Source: a virus. From it: DNA of 64,000 nt. The stretch lies in IMG/VR virus record IMGVR_UViG_3300031519_008107, positions 1-64,000 of that record; one strand, 5' to 3'. The notes beneath the pieces are model-generated. The model saw only the letters and a program-made list of their open reading frames with translations. It did no database searches and was not told the DNA's origin. The translations under genes were made by a program, and so were the position numbers. Positions 49,374 to 59,409 of the stretch are shown one piece after another (the stretch's first letter is position 1; each line of letters opens with the position of its first letter).

Positions 49374-50398
49374 TCACATATTTCCGCAGTTCGTCTTACA
49401 ACACACATAATATGTGCGAACAGCAATACTTTTTCGACTATGTATTAGGTTATAGACAGCCATCAAACAAAAAAGCTGACAAAGGGACTATAGTACATAA
49501 AGCTTTAGAAATATTAGCCTTTATCAAGTTCACTGAGCAAAAGGGTGAATCAAGTTTCATTGATGATATTATAGGTGAAGTGAATGTTGGTAACTATAAT
49601 GTAGATAAAATTATTAAACAGGTATACACTTATTATACAGACAACTTTGATCATCACGAGTGGACTGAGAAAGATTTTAAGGATTGCTATAAATGGACTT
49701 ATAAAGCAATTAATTACGCTGACGGTATGTTTGATCCAAGAAATCGTAATATCTTATATCCTGAACAGCGTTTCGACATAACTATAGATAAACCTTGGGC
49801 AAAATATGATTATGGTGATTTAAAAGGCCAATTAGCAATGAAGGGTACTATAGATTTAATAACCAGACCTAGTGAAGATACTTTAGAAATTATTGACTGG
49901 AAAACAGGACGCAGACTAGATTGGGCTACTGGACAAGAAAAAACACAAGAGAAGTTAGAAACAGATCCTCAACTTATGATTTATTTCTATGCTGCTAAAA
50001 AACTATATCCCGAAATTAAAAACTGTATAGTAACTATATTTTTTATTAATGATGGTGGACCTTTTAGTGTGAGTTTTAATGATAGCGACGTACATGCAAC
50101 AGAAGATCTAATTAGAGAAAAATTCTCACATATTAAAAAGTGCAAGCTGCCTAAACTCAGTAAAAGCTGGAAATGCACAAAACTGTGTATGTATGGCAAA
50201 ACAACGTTTGAAAACACTCGAATACCGGCAATATCTGAATATAGAGATCGTCAGTGCTGTAATGTTGGAGAGACTATGACTATGTGTGAACAGGTTAAAC
50301 ATGACATTCAGCTGAAAGGCATAAAAGAAGTGGTTGACGAATACACTGTTCCCGGTTATAATGTAGGACATTACCAAGCACCCGGAAGTACGGAATGA
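49367..50398 (+). CDS. RecB/Cas4-like PD-(D/E)XK exonuclease, probable ATT start
   Basis: SSSYN....C, GT.VH..LE, E, G.IDL, IDWKTG, QL..Y, C-terminal Cys; frame extends upstream of ATG 49412. Confidence 0.85.
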   Translation: MIITYFRSSSYNTHNMCEQQYFFDYVLGYRQPSNKKADKGTIVHKALEILAFIKFTEQKGESSFIDDIIGEVNVGNYNVDKIIKQVYTYYTDNFDHHEWTEKDFKDCYKWTYKAINYADGMFDPRNRNILYPEQRFDITIDKPWAKYDYGDLKGQLAMKGTIDLITRPSEDTLEIIDWKTGRRLDWATGQEKTQEKLETDPQLMIYFYAAKKLYPEIKNCIVTIFFINDGGPFSVSFNDSDVHATEDLIREKFSHIKKCKLPKLSKSWKCTKLCMYGKTTFENTRIPAISEYRDRQCCNVGETMTMCEQVKHDIQLKGIKEVVDEYTVPGYNVGHYQAPGSTE

Positions 50399-52251
50399 AG
50401 AAATATACCCCCTTGCATGTGCATACGCACTACTCATTATTGGACGGTCTTAGTAAACCAGAAGATATTGCACAACGATGTAATAAATTAGAAGTCTCTA
50501 GTTGTGCCATCACAGATCATGGCACTATCTCTGGATGTATTCAATTTTATTCTACGATGAAAAGTCATGGCATTAAACCAATCTTAGGTACGGAGTTATA
50601 TCTTTGTGAGAATTCTCCTGAAGTCAAAGATACTAACAATAAAAAACTATCTCATATTGTTCTTTTAGCCAAGAACTTACAGGGTTGGAAAAATTTAATT
50701 AATATTGTTTCTCATTCTAATAAACCAGAACATTATTATTATAAACCAAGACTTGATCTCAATAGCTTGTATGAATTAGTAGATGGTAATATCATTTGTC
50801 TTTGTGGACATCCCGGTTCGTATTTAGCTAATCAAATTTATCAAGAAGGAAAATTCGTTAATGATCGTACTATAGAATCAAAAGTTAAAGAACTACAAGA
50901 AATTTTTGGTAAGCAAAATACATTTGTAGAAATTCAACTTAATGATCAGACTAATGAGTATCAACAAAATGTTGGATTAAAACTCAGAGATTTTTGTAAG
51001 TCTAGAGATATTCAAACAATGGCTAGTCTAGATGCCCATTACTGTGAATCTCAAGACAGTGCGGATCAACGAATACTATTATGTAGTAATCTCAAACTTA
51101 CTTTGCCTCAAGTCGCATCTAAAATGAGTAATGATGAAAACTTTAGCATGAGCAGTTTCTTTAAATCAGATCAATATCACATATTATCTCATGAAGAAAT
51201 GCATCAGGTTAATACTGAACAAGAGATAGAGAATACTAATTTGATAGACGGTATGTGTGAAGAGTATGAAATATTAAACAAGCCAGTACTGCCTAACTTT
51301 AGTTGTCCTAATAATTTAACACCTGATGAATATTTAAGACAACTGTCTCGTGATGGCTGGAAAGATAAAATTCAAGGCAATGTTGATAATCAAAACCAAC
51401 AAGAATATGTAGATCGTATTAAATATGAATTAGAAGTTTTGCAATCTGCCAATTTATCAAGCTACTTTCTAATAGTTCAAGATATTGTTAACTATCTTAG
51501 GCAGGAAGAATGGCTACCGGGGCCCGGAAGAGGAAGTGCTGCTGGCTGTTTGGTATCTTACTTAATTGGTATCACATCTATTGACCCAATTAAATATGAT
51601 CTTATTTTTGAAAGATTTTACAATGCTGGTAGAAATACTGGCGGTAGAGTATCCATGCCTGATATTGATGTTGACGTACCTATTAATCATAGGGAAGAAA
51701 TTATAGATTATATCAAAAATACATATGGTAGCAATAAAGTTTCTCAAATGATTACATATAATACGCTTAAAGGTAGGGGAGCCTTAAAAGAAGTACTAAG
51801 AGTATATGGTAATATATCTTTTGATGAAATGAATCAAATCACTAAATTCCTACCTGACGAAGCTAAAATTGCAGACGAATTACAAGAAATGAAAGACGAA
51901 AGCGGAGAATCATCTATTATACAATGGGCTTTAGAAAACAACTCTAAAAAACTAAAAGATTGGTGCCACATAAAAGATGGTAAACTACAAGGCCCTCTTG
52001 CTAAAAGATTTGAACAGGCTATTCGATTGGAGGGAACCAAATATAATCAGTCGAAACATGCTGCTGGGATCGCCATATCTAGGCACGATCTATCAACAGT
52101 ATGTCCCATGATCTATGATACCAAAACAAAACAAAGTATTGCTGGATTAGAAATGAATGATTTGGAATCTATAGGTGTGGTTAAGTTCGATATTCTTGGT
52201 ATAGCATTATTAGATAAAATTATGCAAATTAAACAATATCTAAAGGAGTAA
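50395..52251 (+). CDS. dnaE: DNA polymerase III alpha subunit, N-terminal half (PHP + palm/thumb)
   Basis: HVHTHYSLLDG, ITDHG, GRGSAAG, FERF, MPDIDVD, HAAG, KFDILG then stop. Confidence 0.95.
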   Translation: MKKYTPLHVHTHYSLLDGLSKPEDIAQRCNKLEVSSCAITDHGTISGCIQFYSTMKSHGIKPILGTELYLCENSPEVKDTNNKKLSHIVLLAKNLQGWKNLINIVSHSNKPEHYYYKPRLDLNSLYELVDGNIICLCGHPGSYLANQIYQEGKFVNDRTIESKVKELQEIFGKQNTFVEIQLNDQTNEYQQNVGLKLRDFCKSRDIQTMASLDAHYCESQDSADQRILLCSNLKLTLPQVASKMSNDENFSMSSFFKSDQYHILSHEEMHQVNTEQEIENTNLIDGMCEEYEILNKPVLPNFSCPNNLTPDEYLRQLSRDGWKDKIQGNVDNQNQQEYVDRIKYELEVLQSANLSSYFLIVQDIVNYLRQEEWLPGPGRGSAAGCLVSYLIGITSIDPIKYDLIFERFYNAGRNTGGRVSMPDIDVDVPINHREEIIDYIKNTYGSNKVSQMITYNTLKGRGALKEVLRVYGNISFDEMNQITKFLPDEAKIADELQEMKDESGESSIIQWALENNSKKLKDWCHIKDGKLQGPLAKRFEQAIRLEGTKYNQSKHAAGIAISRHDLSTVCPMIYDTKTKQSIAGLEMNDLESIGVVKFDILGIALLDKIMQIKQYLKE

Positions 52252-52256
52252 ACTAA

Positions 52257-52436
52257 ATGCAATTTTATAAATTGACTGATGATTGCCCATTTTTTATTAA
52301 TGGTGAAGAGTATCAAAAAGTAAAAGAGGAAAGAATAAGCTGTTGCAAGATTAAACTAAATGCCTACAAGTTAATGGAGGACGGAGAAAAGAAACCCGTT
52401 GTCATACAGCCTAAACAAGAGGTTTCACTACCATAA
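52257..52436 (+). CDS. small hypothetical protein, 59 aa (MQFYKLTDDCPF...ISCCK...)
   Basis: Read from sequence; AAGGAG RBS, TAATG overlap with dnaQ. Confidence 0.65.
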   Translation: MQFYKLTDDCPFFINGEEYQKVKEERISCCKIKLNAYKLMEDGEKKPVVIQPKQEVSLP

Positions 52437-53146
52437 TGAATAATAATAAAATATGTGTATTTGATTTTGAAACTGATGGTATCGACCCTACAGTATGTAG
52501 TCCCGTGCAATTATCTGCGGTTATAGTAGATCCCCATAAATTAGAGATCGTAAAAAACTCTGAATTTAATATTTATCTAAAGCCAGAAAAATTAGAAAAA
52601 GCTAAATCTGTAACCATAGATAATCATCCGTATACTGACTCTGATATTTTGGAGTGGCATGGTAAGGTTAAGGGCGTTGATAAATCAGAGATATTAAACA
52701 GTTGGATGGAATATCCTGACGCTAAACTATCATGGAAACAATTCATGGATTATTTAGACTCTTACCACCTGTTTAGAACTGGAGGCAAGAAAACTAAATT
52801 CTCAGCCCCCATAGCATCAGGATATAATATCATGAGTTTTGACATGAAGATTATAGACCGACTTGCTAAAAAACATGGTGGGTACGACAATAAAGGAAAA
52901 GCTAACTCCATATTCCATCCTAGAGATAAGATTGATATTATGAACCTTGTCTATATTTGGTTTAGATTTATACCAGAAATTAAGTCTATATCATTAGATA
53001 ATGTCAGAGGGTATTTGGGAGTTGATGCCACCAATGCACATGATGCGGTAAAGGATGTTAAAGATTGTGCGGACATTCTTATCAGATTTTTAAAACTTCA
53101 TAAGAATTTTGCCTCTAAAGTACAATTTAAAGATTCATTTAGATGA
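52436..53146 (+). CDS. dnaQ: DEDDh 3'-5' exonuclease (DnaQ/epsilon-like)
   Basis: ExoI DFETDG, ExoII YNIMSFD, ExoIII HDAVKD. Confidence 0.88.
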   Translation: MNNNKICVFDFETDGIDPTVCSPVQLSAVIVDPHKLEIVKNSEFNIYLKPEKLEKAKSVTIDNHPYTDSDILEWHGKVKGVDKSEILNSWMEYPDAKLSWKQFMDYLDSYHLFRTGGKKTKFSAPIASGYNIMSFDMKIIDRLAKKHGGYDNKGKANSIFHPRDKIDIMNLVYIWFRFIPEIKSISLDNVRGYLGVDATNAHDAVKDVKDCADILIRFLKLHKNFASKVQFKDSFR

Positions 53147-54741
53147 TAAAGAAAAAAATACAATTTAAATCTTGTGGTTGCGTTTTTCCAACAATGGACG
53201 GACGTATTGATTACGATATTAATACAGCCAATATGAATCTTGAATGTCAGGAAACTTGGAATCTAATAGGTTCTGGCAATACCAAGGGATGTTTTCAGCT
53301 TGAGTCTCGACTTGGGCAAATGATGTCTAAAAAGTTAAAGCCTGAAAATATAGAACAATTAGCTGCTCTAATCAGTATTATGAGGCCGGGTTGCCTAGAG
53401 GCTTATAGAGAAGGTAAAAGTGTTAGTGATCATTATATTGATAAGAAGAATGGCTCTGAATCAGTAGATTATTTCCATCCGTCTTTAGAGCCTGTGTTAA
53501 AATCGACTTATGGTGAAATGATCTATCAAGAACAATCTATGGAGATAGCTAGAGTAATTGCTGGTTTTAATCTAGAAGATGCAGATGTTTTGCGTAAGGC
53601 AATCGGGAAAAAGAAAGTTGACCTTATGACACAAGTTAAACGATCTTTTCTCTTAGGGGCAGAAAAATCTAACATAGTTTCAAATGAAATTGCTGAAGAA
53701 ATCTTTGGCTGGATTGAAAAGAGCCAGAGGTATAGCTTTAACAAATCACATGCTATTAGTTATGCTTTAAACGCATATCTGTCAGCATATTCTAAATGTC
53801 ATTTCCCATCATACTTTTTTGCGTCTTATCTCAAGTTTGCTCCAGATAAGATAGATCCAATGAAAGAAATTTATGAACTAATTAATAATTGTAGAGAAAT
53901 GCACATAGATGTACACAAGCCTGACTTTAAAAAGATATCTAGTACATTTAGTATAGATAACGGCAAAGATATATTCTTTGGTTTAACAAATATTAAAGGC
54001 GTAGGGAATTCTGTATACAATAAACTTGAAGTGTTAGTTGAAAATATAGACATAGATAATATGTCTTACCTAGAAATTATATTGAATATTTTAATCAACA
54101 TCAATCAAACTGCTAGTAAAGCTATGATTAGTGTTGGTTGTTTTGATTATTTAGGGGTAGGTAGAAAAGAAATGCTATTCCACTTCGGACTGCTAAATGA
54201 TTTAACAAAAAAAGAAAAGGGTATTCTCTTAGCTAATATAAATGATCTTAAAAAAGTTGGGGATTGTTTAGACTTTTTAGGAGATAAAGTTAATATCAGG
54301 CGTAAACAAAAGATATTAGCATTACACAGTACTCTTAAACACCCTCCATATAAGTTAGAAGACTCATGTTCATGGATAGCAGATCAAGAAAATCAATTGC
54401 TAGGTATAAGTGTTACATGCTCTAAAATAGATGAGTATAGTTTAGAAAATGTTAATACAACCTGTAGAGAAATAAATCAAGAAAAATGTTTATATAGAAG
54501 CATGATATTAGGTGTCGAAATTAAAGATGTCAATATCATCAAGACTAAAAGAGGGGCTAATCCCGGACAAGAAATGTGTTTTGCTAAAGTCTCTGATAAC
54601 ACTGGCTCTACAGATATTGTGGTATTCCCGGATAAGTATCTCCAATATAAGAATATTATAACGTCAGATAATACAGCTATTGTTAGTTTAGAGAAGTCTA
54701 AAAATGGAAGCATGGTTTTAAGTAAAATTTGGCAATTATGA
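53143..54741 (+). CDS. dnaE: DNA polymerase III alpha subunit, C-terminal half (fingers + HhH + OB)
   Basis: G.T.GCFQLES, RPG, IYQEQ, LRKAIGKK, YSFNKSHA..YA, GLTNIKGVG, OB fold M.F..VSD.TG..D.VVF. Confidence 0.95.
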   Translation: MIKKKIQFKSCGCVFPTMDGRIDYDINTANMNLECQETWNLIGSGNTKGCFQLESRLGQMMSKKLKPENIEQLAALISIMRPGCLEAYREGKSVSDHYIDKKNGSESVDYFHPSLEPVLKSTYGEMIYQEQSMEIARVIAGFNLEDADVLRKAIGKKKVDLMTQVKRSFLLGAEKSNIVSNEIAEEIFGWIEKSQRYSFNKSHAISYALNAYLSAYSKCHFPSYFFASYLKFAPDKIDPMKEIYELINNCREMHIDVHKPDFKKISSTFSIDNGKDIFFGLTNIKGVGNSVYNKLEVLVENIDIDNMSYLEIILNILININQTASKAMISVGCFDYLGVGRKEMLFHFGLLNDLTKKEKGILLANINDLKKVGDCLDFLGDKVNIRRKQKILALHSTLKHPPYKLEDSCSWIADQENQLLGISVTCSKIDEYSLENVNTTCREINQEKCLYRSMILGVEIKDVNIIKTKRGANPGQEMCFAKVSDNTGSTDIVVFPDKYLQYKNIITSDNTAIVSLEKSKNGSMVLSKIWQL

Positions 54742-54742
54742 A

Positions 54743-54770
54743 TTGACTATTGAAGAAGCATTTGTATTAT
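54743..54770 (+). promoter_or_regulatory. sigma70-type promoter TTGACT-16-TATTAT
   Basis: Upstream of ssb; a GTGTAT copy follows at 54772. Confidence 0.6.
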
Positions 54771-54815
54771 AGTGTATGTTGAGTTTTCGTTACTTTAATT
54801 GAAAAAGGAGCTGAT

Positions 54816-55193
54816 ATGAACCTTTGTGTTTTAAAGGGTAATCTTGCCCGTGACCCTGAACTGCGGAGTGTAACTACTGGCAGTCGTGAAACTTCGGTAG
54901 TAAATTTTACCGTTGCTGTTTCTAGGGAATATCGTAAGTCAGATGGTTCTACTGACAAAAATACCACGTTTGTTAATTGTGAGGCTTGGGATAGTGGAGC
55001 AGAAGCTATTGCCTCTTCCTTTAATAAGGGTGACCTAGTTATGTTGGAAGGATCTTTAAGGAATGACAACTGGGAAAAGGATGGAGTAAAGCACTCATCT
55101 ATGAAGGTGAGAGTAAGTAACTTTGGTAAGATCACTAAAACCAAGGTTAATAAACAACAGGAAACCAAGGAAGAAGCCGTAACGGCATTCTGA
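54816..55193 (+). CDS. ssb: single-stranded DNA-binding protein
   Basis: MN...L.GNL.RDPELR, F.VAV, AW...AE, KG..V..EG.L....WE; C-terminal AF. Confidence 0.95.
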   Translation: MNLCVLKGNLARDPELRSVTTGSRETSVVNFTVAVSREYRKSDGSTDKNTTFVNCEAWDSGAEAIASSFNKGDLVMLEGSLRNDNWEKDGVKHSSMKVRVSNFGKITKTKVNKQQETKEEAVTAF

Positions 55194-55200
55194 GAATATT

Positions 55201-56820
55201 ATGAAAAGAAGGATAATGATGCTGACCGAATCTGGACATATACATTCCGGATTTGGAAACTATACTCGTAACATATTGTCTAGACTTCATAGTACTGGAA
55301 AATATGAATTAGCCGAATTGTCCTGCTATCGTGATAAACATGTTCCTAACAAAGAACCTTGGAAAATTTATCCAAATGTTCCCACAGAGCCAGAAGCGTC
55401 TAAAAGATTCAATACTGTTTCTTCTTCCGCTTTTGGTGCTTGGGGTTTTGAGCCAGCATGTTTAGACTTTAGACCTGATATTGTATTTGACGTTAGAGAT
55501 TACTGGATGCTTAATTTCCCAGAATACTCTCCATTACGACCATTTTTTAATTGGGTTTTAGCACCAACCATAGACTCCGCACCACAAAGAAAAGAGTGGA
55601 TGCAGACATATAGTAATGCAGATCTAGTATCTGGTCATACTCAATGGGGTGTGGATGTTTTAAATAAAGCTAAATATATCAACACTACAGAACCAGTAAA
55701 CGACTCTGTTGATGTTAATGTTTTTTATCCTGAGTCTATAGACAAAAAGGCTAATAAGGCCAATCATTTTATAGATCCTAATGATTTTCTGGTCGGTTCT
55801 GTTATGCGTAATCAAAAACGCAAGCTTATCCCTAACTTAATTAAAGTTATAAAACAATTAAGTAATAAATACCCTAATATAAAATTACACCTTCATACTA
55901 GCTATCCAGATCACGCTGGATGGGCATTACCTGATATATTATTAGAGCATAACGCCTCTGACTTAGTTTATTTGACATATAAGTGTAGAAGTTGTGGAGC
56001 TATGTCAGTGATGAAATTCAAGAATGGGATGGCAATGTGCCCTCATTGTAACAAACCTACAGCTACAATATGCAACGTTTCTCATGGCCTAGACGATAGT
56101 CAATTAAAGACAGTGTTTAACTTATTTGACTGTTATGTTCAATATGCTATTTGTGAAGGCTTTGGTATTCCTGTAGTAGAAGCCGCAGCTTGTGGAGTGC
56201 CTGTTATAACAGCTAATCATGGAGCTATGGCTGAAATTGGTGAGAATTTAAATGCAAGAATTACTAAGGTTGGTACAACGTTTAGAGAACTAGAAACAAA
56301 CGCTGACAGAATTTTACCTGACGACGAAGATCTTTATAAGCATATTGAAGCAGAATACTTGCAGCAAAAAGATAGAAGTTGGATCAGTAACCTAAAAGCT
56401 ATTCAAGAGAATAGAGACAATCTTGTTAGTCATTATACTTGGGACAAAACAGCAGAAACTTTTGAACGAATTTTTGACAACATAGAATTAACTGGATTGC
56501 AGGGCAAGTGGGACTCTCCTCCTTTACCTCTTAGCGATAATACCAATATAGATGTTGGTACAAATAATAGGGAAACTATAGGTCGTATTATATGCGATGT
56601 GATTAAGTCTCCATACTTACTTAGAACAGCTCTAGTTCAAGGAATGATTCAAAACTTAGACAATGGTTTCGTAATGGATGGTGGCAGTATTAAAAATTAT
56701 GATTTCGGAACTGCTGGTAAATTATTAGACCAACTTTACAATTCTAAAAAAACGTGGGAAAGTATTAGATTGGGTAAAACTGCTTTACCTAATGACTTTA
56801 AAGAAGTTATAACATATTAA
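55201..56820 (+). CDS. GT4 glycosyltransferase with zinc-ribbon insertion
   Basis: SGFG, RNQKRK, EGFGIPVVEAAACG; CRSC...CPHC insert. Confidence 0.88.
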   Translation: MKRRIMMLTESGHIHSGFGNYTRNILSRLHSTGKYELAELSCYRDKHVPNKEPWKIYPNVPTEPEASKRFNTVSSSAFGAWGFEPACLDFRPDIVFDVRDYWMLNFPEYSPLRPFFNWVLAPTIDSAPQRKEWMQTYSNADLVSGHTQWGVDVLNKAKYINTTEPVNDSVDVNVFYPESIDKKANKANHFIDPNDFLVGSVMRNQKRKLIPNLIKVIKQLSNKYPNIKLHLHTSYPDHAGWALPDILLEHNASDLVYLTYKCRSCGAMSVMKFKNGMAMCPHCNKPTATICNVSHGLDDSQLKTVFNLFDCYVQYAICEGFGIPVVEAAACGVPVITANHGAMAEIGENLNARITKVGTTFRELETNADRILPDDEDLYKHIEAEYLQQKDRSWISNLKAIQENRDNLVSHYTWDKTAETFERIFDNIELTGLQGKWDSPPLPLSDNTNIDVGTNNRETIGRIICDVIKSPYLLRTALVQGMIQNLDNGFVMDGGSIKNYDFGTAGKLLDQLYNSKKTWESIRLGKTALPNDFKEVITY

Positions 56821-57876
56821 ATGAATATTTTATATTTGGGTCATTATAGAGAAAATACAGGCTTAGGTATTTCTTCTCTCAGATTTGTTCATGGATTAAA
56901 ACAAAAGTATGAAAACTTAGCAATAAGACCTTTATATGAATTTCGTGATAAAAGACTTCATGCAATAGAAGACATAGAAGAATTAGAGAAAAAATCTTTT
57001 AACAAATATGATTGCGTAATTCAGCACACTCTGCCCACATTACTGTCCTATGACAAAAACATGGGTAAAAACATAGGAGTCGTAAATATACCAACCATTA
57101 ACATAGCTCAAAGCGTTGTTCCTGACTATTTAAATTTAATGGACGAAATTTATGTACGTTCCACATACAGTTATAACAATATTGAGAAGTTAATAAATAA
57201 TAAATGCAAAGTTGTTTATGAACCATTTGATGAAGTGGTGGATGATACAGATGCTAAACGTACAGGAACATTTAAATTCTTTGCTACTGGAACTTTAGAA
57301 GATAGGTATAACCTTAAAAAAATAGTAATGGCTTTTTTGTCAGAGTTTTCTACTGAAAATCTAGTTGAATTAATTTTACATATAGATGGTGATGTTCGAA
57401 AATCTGCTAATATGGTTCACCAAGTTTATGATAGATTAAGAATTCCTATTACAAATGAGAACAAAGTTACTATTCTCAATGAACAAAAGACAGAAAAAAA
57501 TCAAAAAACTATATTAAAAAACATAGACTGTTCTATAGTGTTAGATAAAGCTGATGATAGTGGGATTGTATCTATTCAAAGCTTGCTATATAATAACATT
57601 GTTATCACGCAAGATCGGTCTGCATCTTGTGATTTTGTAAATGAAGACAACGGCTTTATTGTAGATAGTTATGAAATTGGTGTTGAAGATCTTTCTAACA
57701 ACCATGACAACAGTATTTACTCCATCTATGAGTCTTATTACGACGCAGACATAGGTTCTTTAAAAACATGTATGAGGAATGCCTGCACTTTAACATCATC
57801 AGAGAAAAGACTTAAACAGCTTAACATCGACAAAAGTAAATTTTCTTACAAAACTTTCATAAACGGTTTGCCATGA
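56821..57876 (+). CDS. divergent GT4-like protein
   Basis: TG.G, IQH.LP, RYNL...AF..EF; E-x7-E motif eroded. Confidence 0.65.
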   Translation: MNILYLGHYRENTGLGISSLRFVHGLKQKYENLAIRPLYEFRDKRLHAIEDIEELEKKSFNKYDCVIQHTLPTLLSYDKNMGKNIGVVNIPTINIAQSVVPDYLNLMDEIYVRSTYSYNNIEKLINNKCKVVYEPFDEVVDDTDAKRTGTFKFFATGTLEDRYNLKKIVMAFLSEFSTENLVELILHIDGDVRKSANMVHQVYDRLRIPITNENKVTILNEQKTEKNQKTILKNIDCSIVLDKADDSGIVSIQSLLYNNIVITQDRSASCDFVNEDNGFIVDSYEIGVEDLSNNHDNSIYSIYESYYDADIGSLKTCMRNACTLTSSEKRLKQLNIDKSKFSYKTFINGLP

Positions 57877-58313
57877 TAGGTAATTTATTAAATAAAGAAA
57901 AGGGACAAATATCTATATTATGGATACCTTCTCAAGATACTATGTTTGAAAAAAACTTTAAAACGCTCAATTATTCGTGTTGCAATCTAGACAATTTATT
58001 TTTAGGTAAATATCACCCTAATTTAATTATAACAAATAATAAACTCATAAAATTAGATCATATCATTAATCTTTGTTTAATACATTATTGTAATTTAATT
58101 GTCATAGATCATGAAGAACAACCAGACATTGTATCGGTAGATAAAATTACAGCTAAACTTAAGTTGGTTCCCAATGTTTTAGAAATTTCTATGAGTGACA
58201 GAATTTATAATTCTTGGGGGAAAAGACATGATGTAGTTTGCAAATCAGATTTCCAAATATTAGATTTAAAAGAAATTATAGATAAATTTGCGGAGAAATT
58301 ATTTATACTATGA
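57873..58313 (+). CDS. hypothetical protein (GT-B N-terminal-like)
   Basis: 146 aa, coupled. Confidence 0.55.
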   Translation: MIGNLLNKEKGQISILWIPSQDTMFEKNFKTLNYSCCNLDNLFLGKYHPNLIITNNKLIKLDHIINLCLIHYCNLIVIDHEEQPDIVSVDKITAKLKLVPNVLEISMSDRIYNSWGKRHDVVCKSDFQILDLKEIIDKFAEKLFIL

Positions 58314-58729
58314 CTAAAATACATATACATAAAGATGAACAGGCAAATTTTGAGATACCTAAATATACACCTATGTCATATGATAGATTTGTAAATTTAG
58401 AAAATAATAGCATAGAGTCAATATACATTGTAGACATATTAGATTATTTCACTAAAGAAGATAGCGATGTTGTTTTAAGATGTATACATGATAAATTAAT
58501 AGATAGTGGAGATATTGTTATTCAAGGGCCTGATTTTTATCAGCTTCTTATAGCCATCAATTTTAATAAAATACAACCAGATTTAGGCAAGCAAGTTATA
58601 TATAGCGGTAGAGTCATTATGCATTCTATGGAAGATATATTAAGCAAAGTGAATCTTGCGGGCTTCGAATGTTACATTAAAAAGTATATAAATATATTTG
58701 AATACTATGTAGAATTTAAAAAAATATGA
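58310..58729 (+). CDS. truncated class I methyltransferase-like protein
   Basis: NSIESIY..DILDY, L...G...I..PD, AGF. Confidence 0.5.
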   Translation: MTKIHIHKDEQANFEIPKYTPMSYDRFVNLENNSIESIYIVDILDYFTKEDSDVVLRCIHDKLIDSGDIVIQGPDFYQLLIAINFNKIQPDLGKQVIYSGRVIMHSMEDILSKVNLAGFECYIKKYINIFEYYVEFKKI

Positions 58730-59409
58730 AAGATTTATCAACTATAATTTTGTGTACAAATACAGTCAAAGGGACAAAGTCTTTAGGCAGTATACCATTG
58801 CTTAAAGTTAATGACAAAAAAACTATCCTTACATATATGCACAATAATATAAAAGGATGTTGGCCTAACGGCGATATTATATGTATTACCAAACAGCAGG
58901 ATCAAAGACTTAATAAACATATTGAGAATAAATATCCTGATGTAAAATGCGAATCTTATGTTGTAGACGAATGGTTTAATGAATCACAAGCCTTAGTTCA
59001 GACTTTTAATAAATATGGGGCCTTTAACTGTTTAGTCTTAGATATTAACTGTGTTCTGGATAAGAATATATTCAAAAAAATAAAAACATATGATACTAAT
59101 AGGTCTTTCTTAATGCATAATGCTCACTCTGATTTTAAGTCAAAGCTTGGATGTATTCTGGATAGTAAGACACAACAAACGCAAAACATTTTTTTTGGTT
59201 TACCAAATCTGTTACTGAGATACTATTATATATCTAAAGCACATGCTCAAACGATAAAAGACAGTAATCCGATAAAGTCTAAGTTTCTGTTTGAAGTATT
59301 AAATGATATTTCTCAAGATATAGATGTTCACAGTGTAAAAACTAAAAAATGTATACATATTAATTGCATTAGGGATTATAAAAAATTAAAGGAGATCAAC
59401 TTTGTATAA
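58726..59409 (+). CDS. divergent nucleotidyltransferase (NTP_transf-like)
   Basis: IIL....KG.KSLG...LLKV, N...L, IN...D. Confidence 0.55.
   Translation: MKDLSTIILCTNTVKGTKSLGSIPLLKVNDKKTILTYMHNNIKGCWPNGDIICITKQQDQRLNKHIENKYPDVKCESYVVDEWFNESQALVQTFNKYGAFNCLVLDINCVLDKNIFKKIKTYDTNRSFLMHNAHSDFKSKLGCILDSKTQQTQNIFFGLPNLLLRYYYISKAHAQTIKDSNPIKSKFLFEVLNDISQDIDVHSVKTKKCIHINCIRDYKKLKEINFV

Noticed and set aside
49367-50398. Cas4-like nuclease as sign of a CRISPR-Cas locus
   Set aside because: No repeat-spacer array or other cas genes seen; such nucleases are common in phage replication modules
50395-54741. Split intein or intron in dnaE
   Set aside because: No intein N-terminal block or C-terminal HN motif, YSFNKSH is uninterrupted, and the intervening DNA is fully coding with its own RBS
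739-55168. Short minus-strand ORFs in the track (e.g. 9981..10310, 30293..30616, 54767..55168)
   Set aside because: They lie antisense to well-supported + strand genes and show no recognisable motifs; likely shadows
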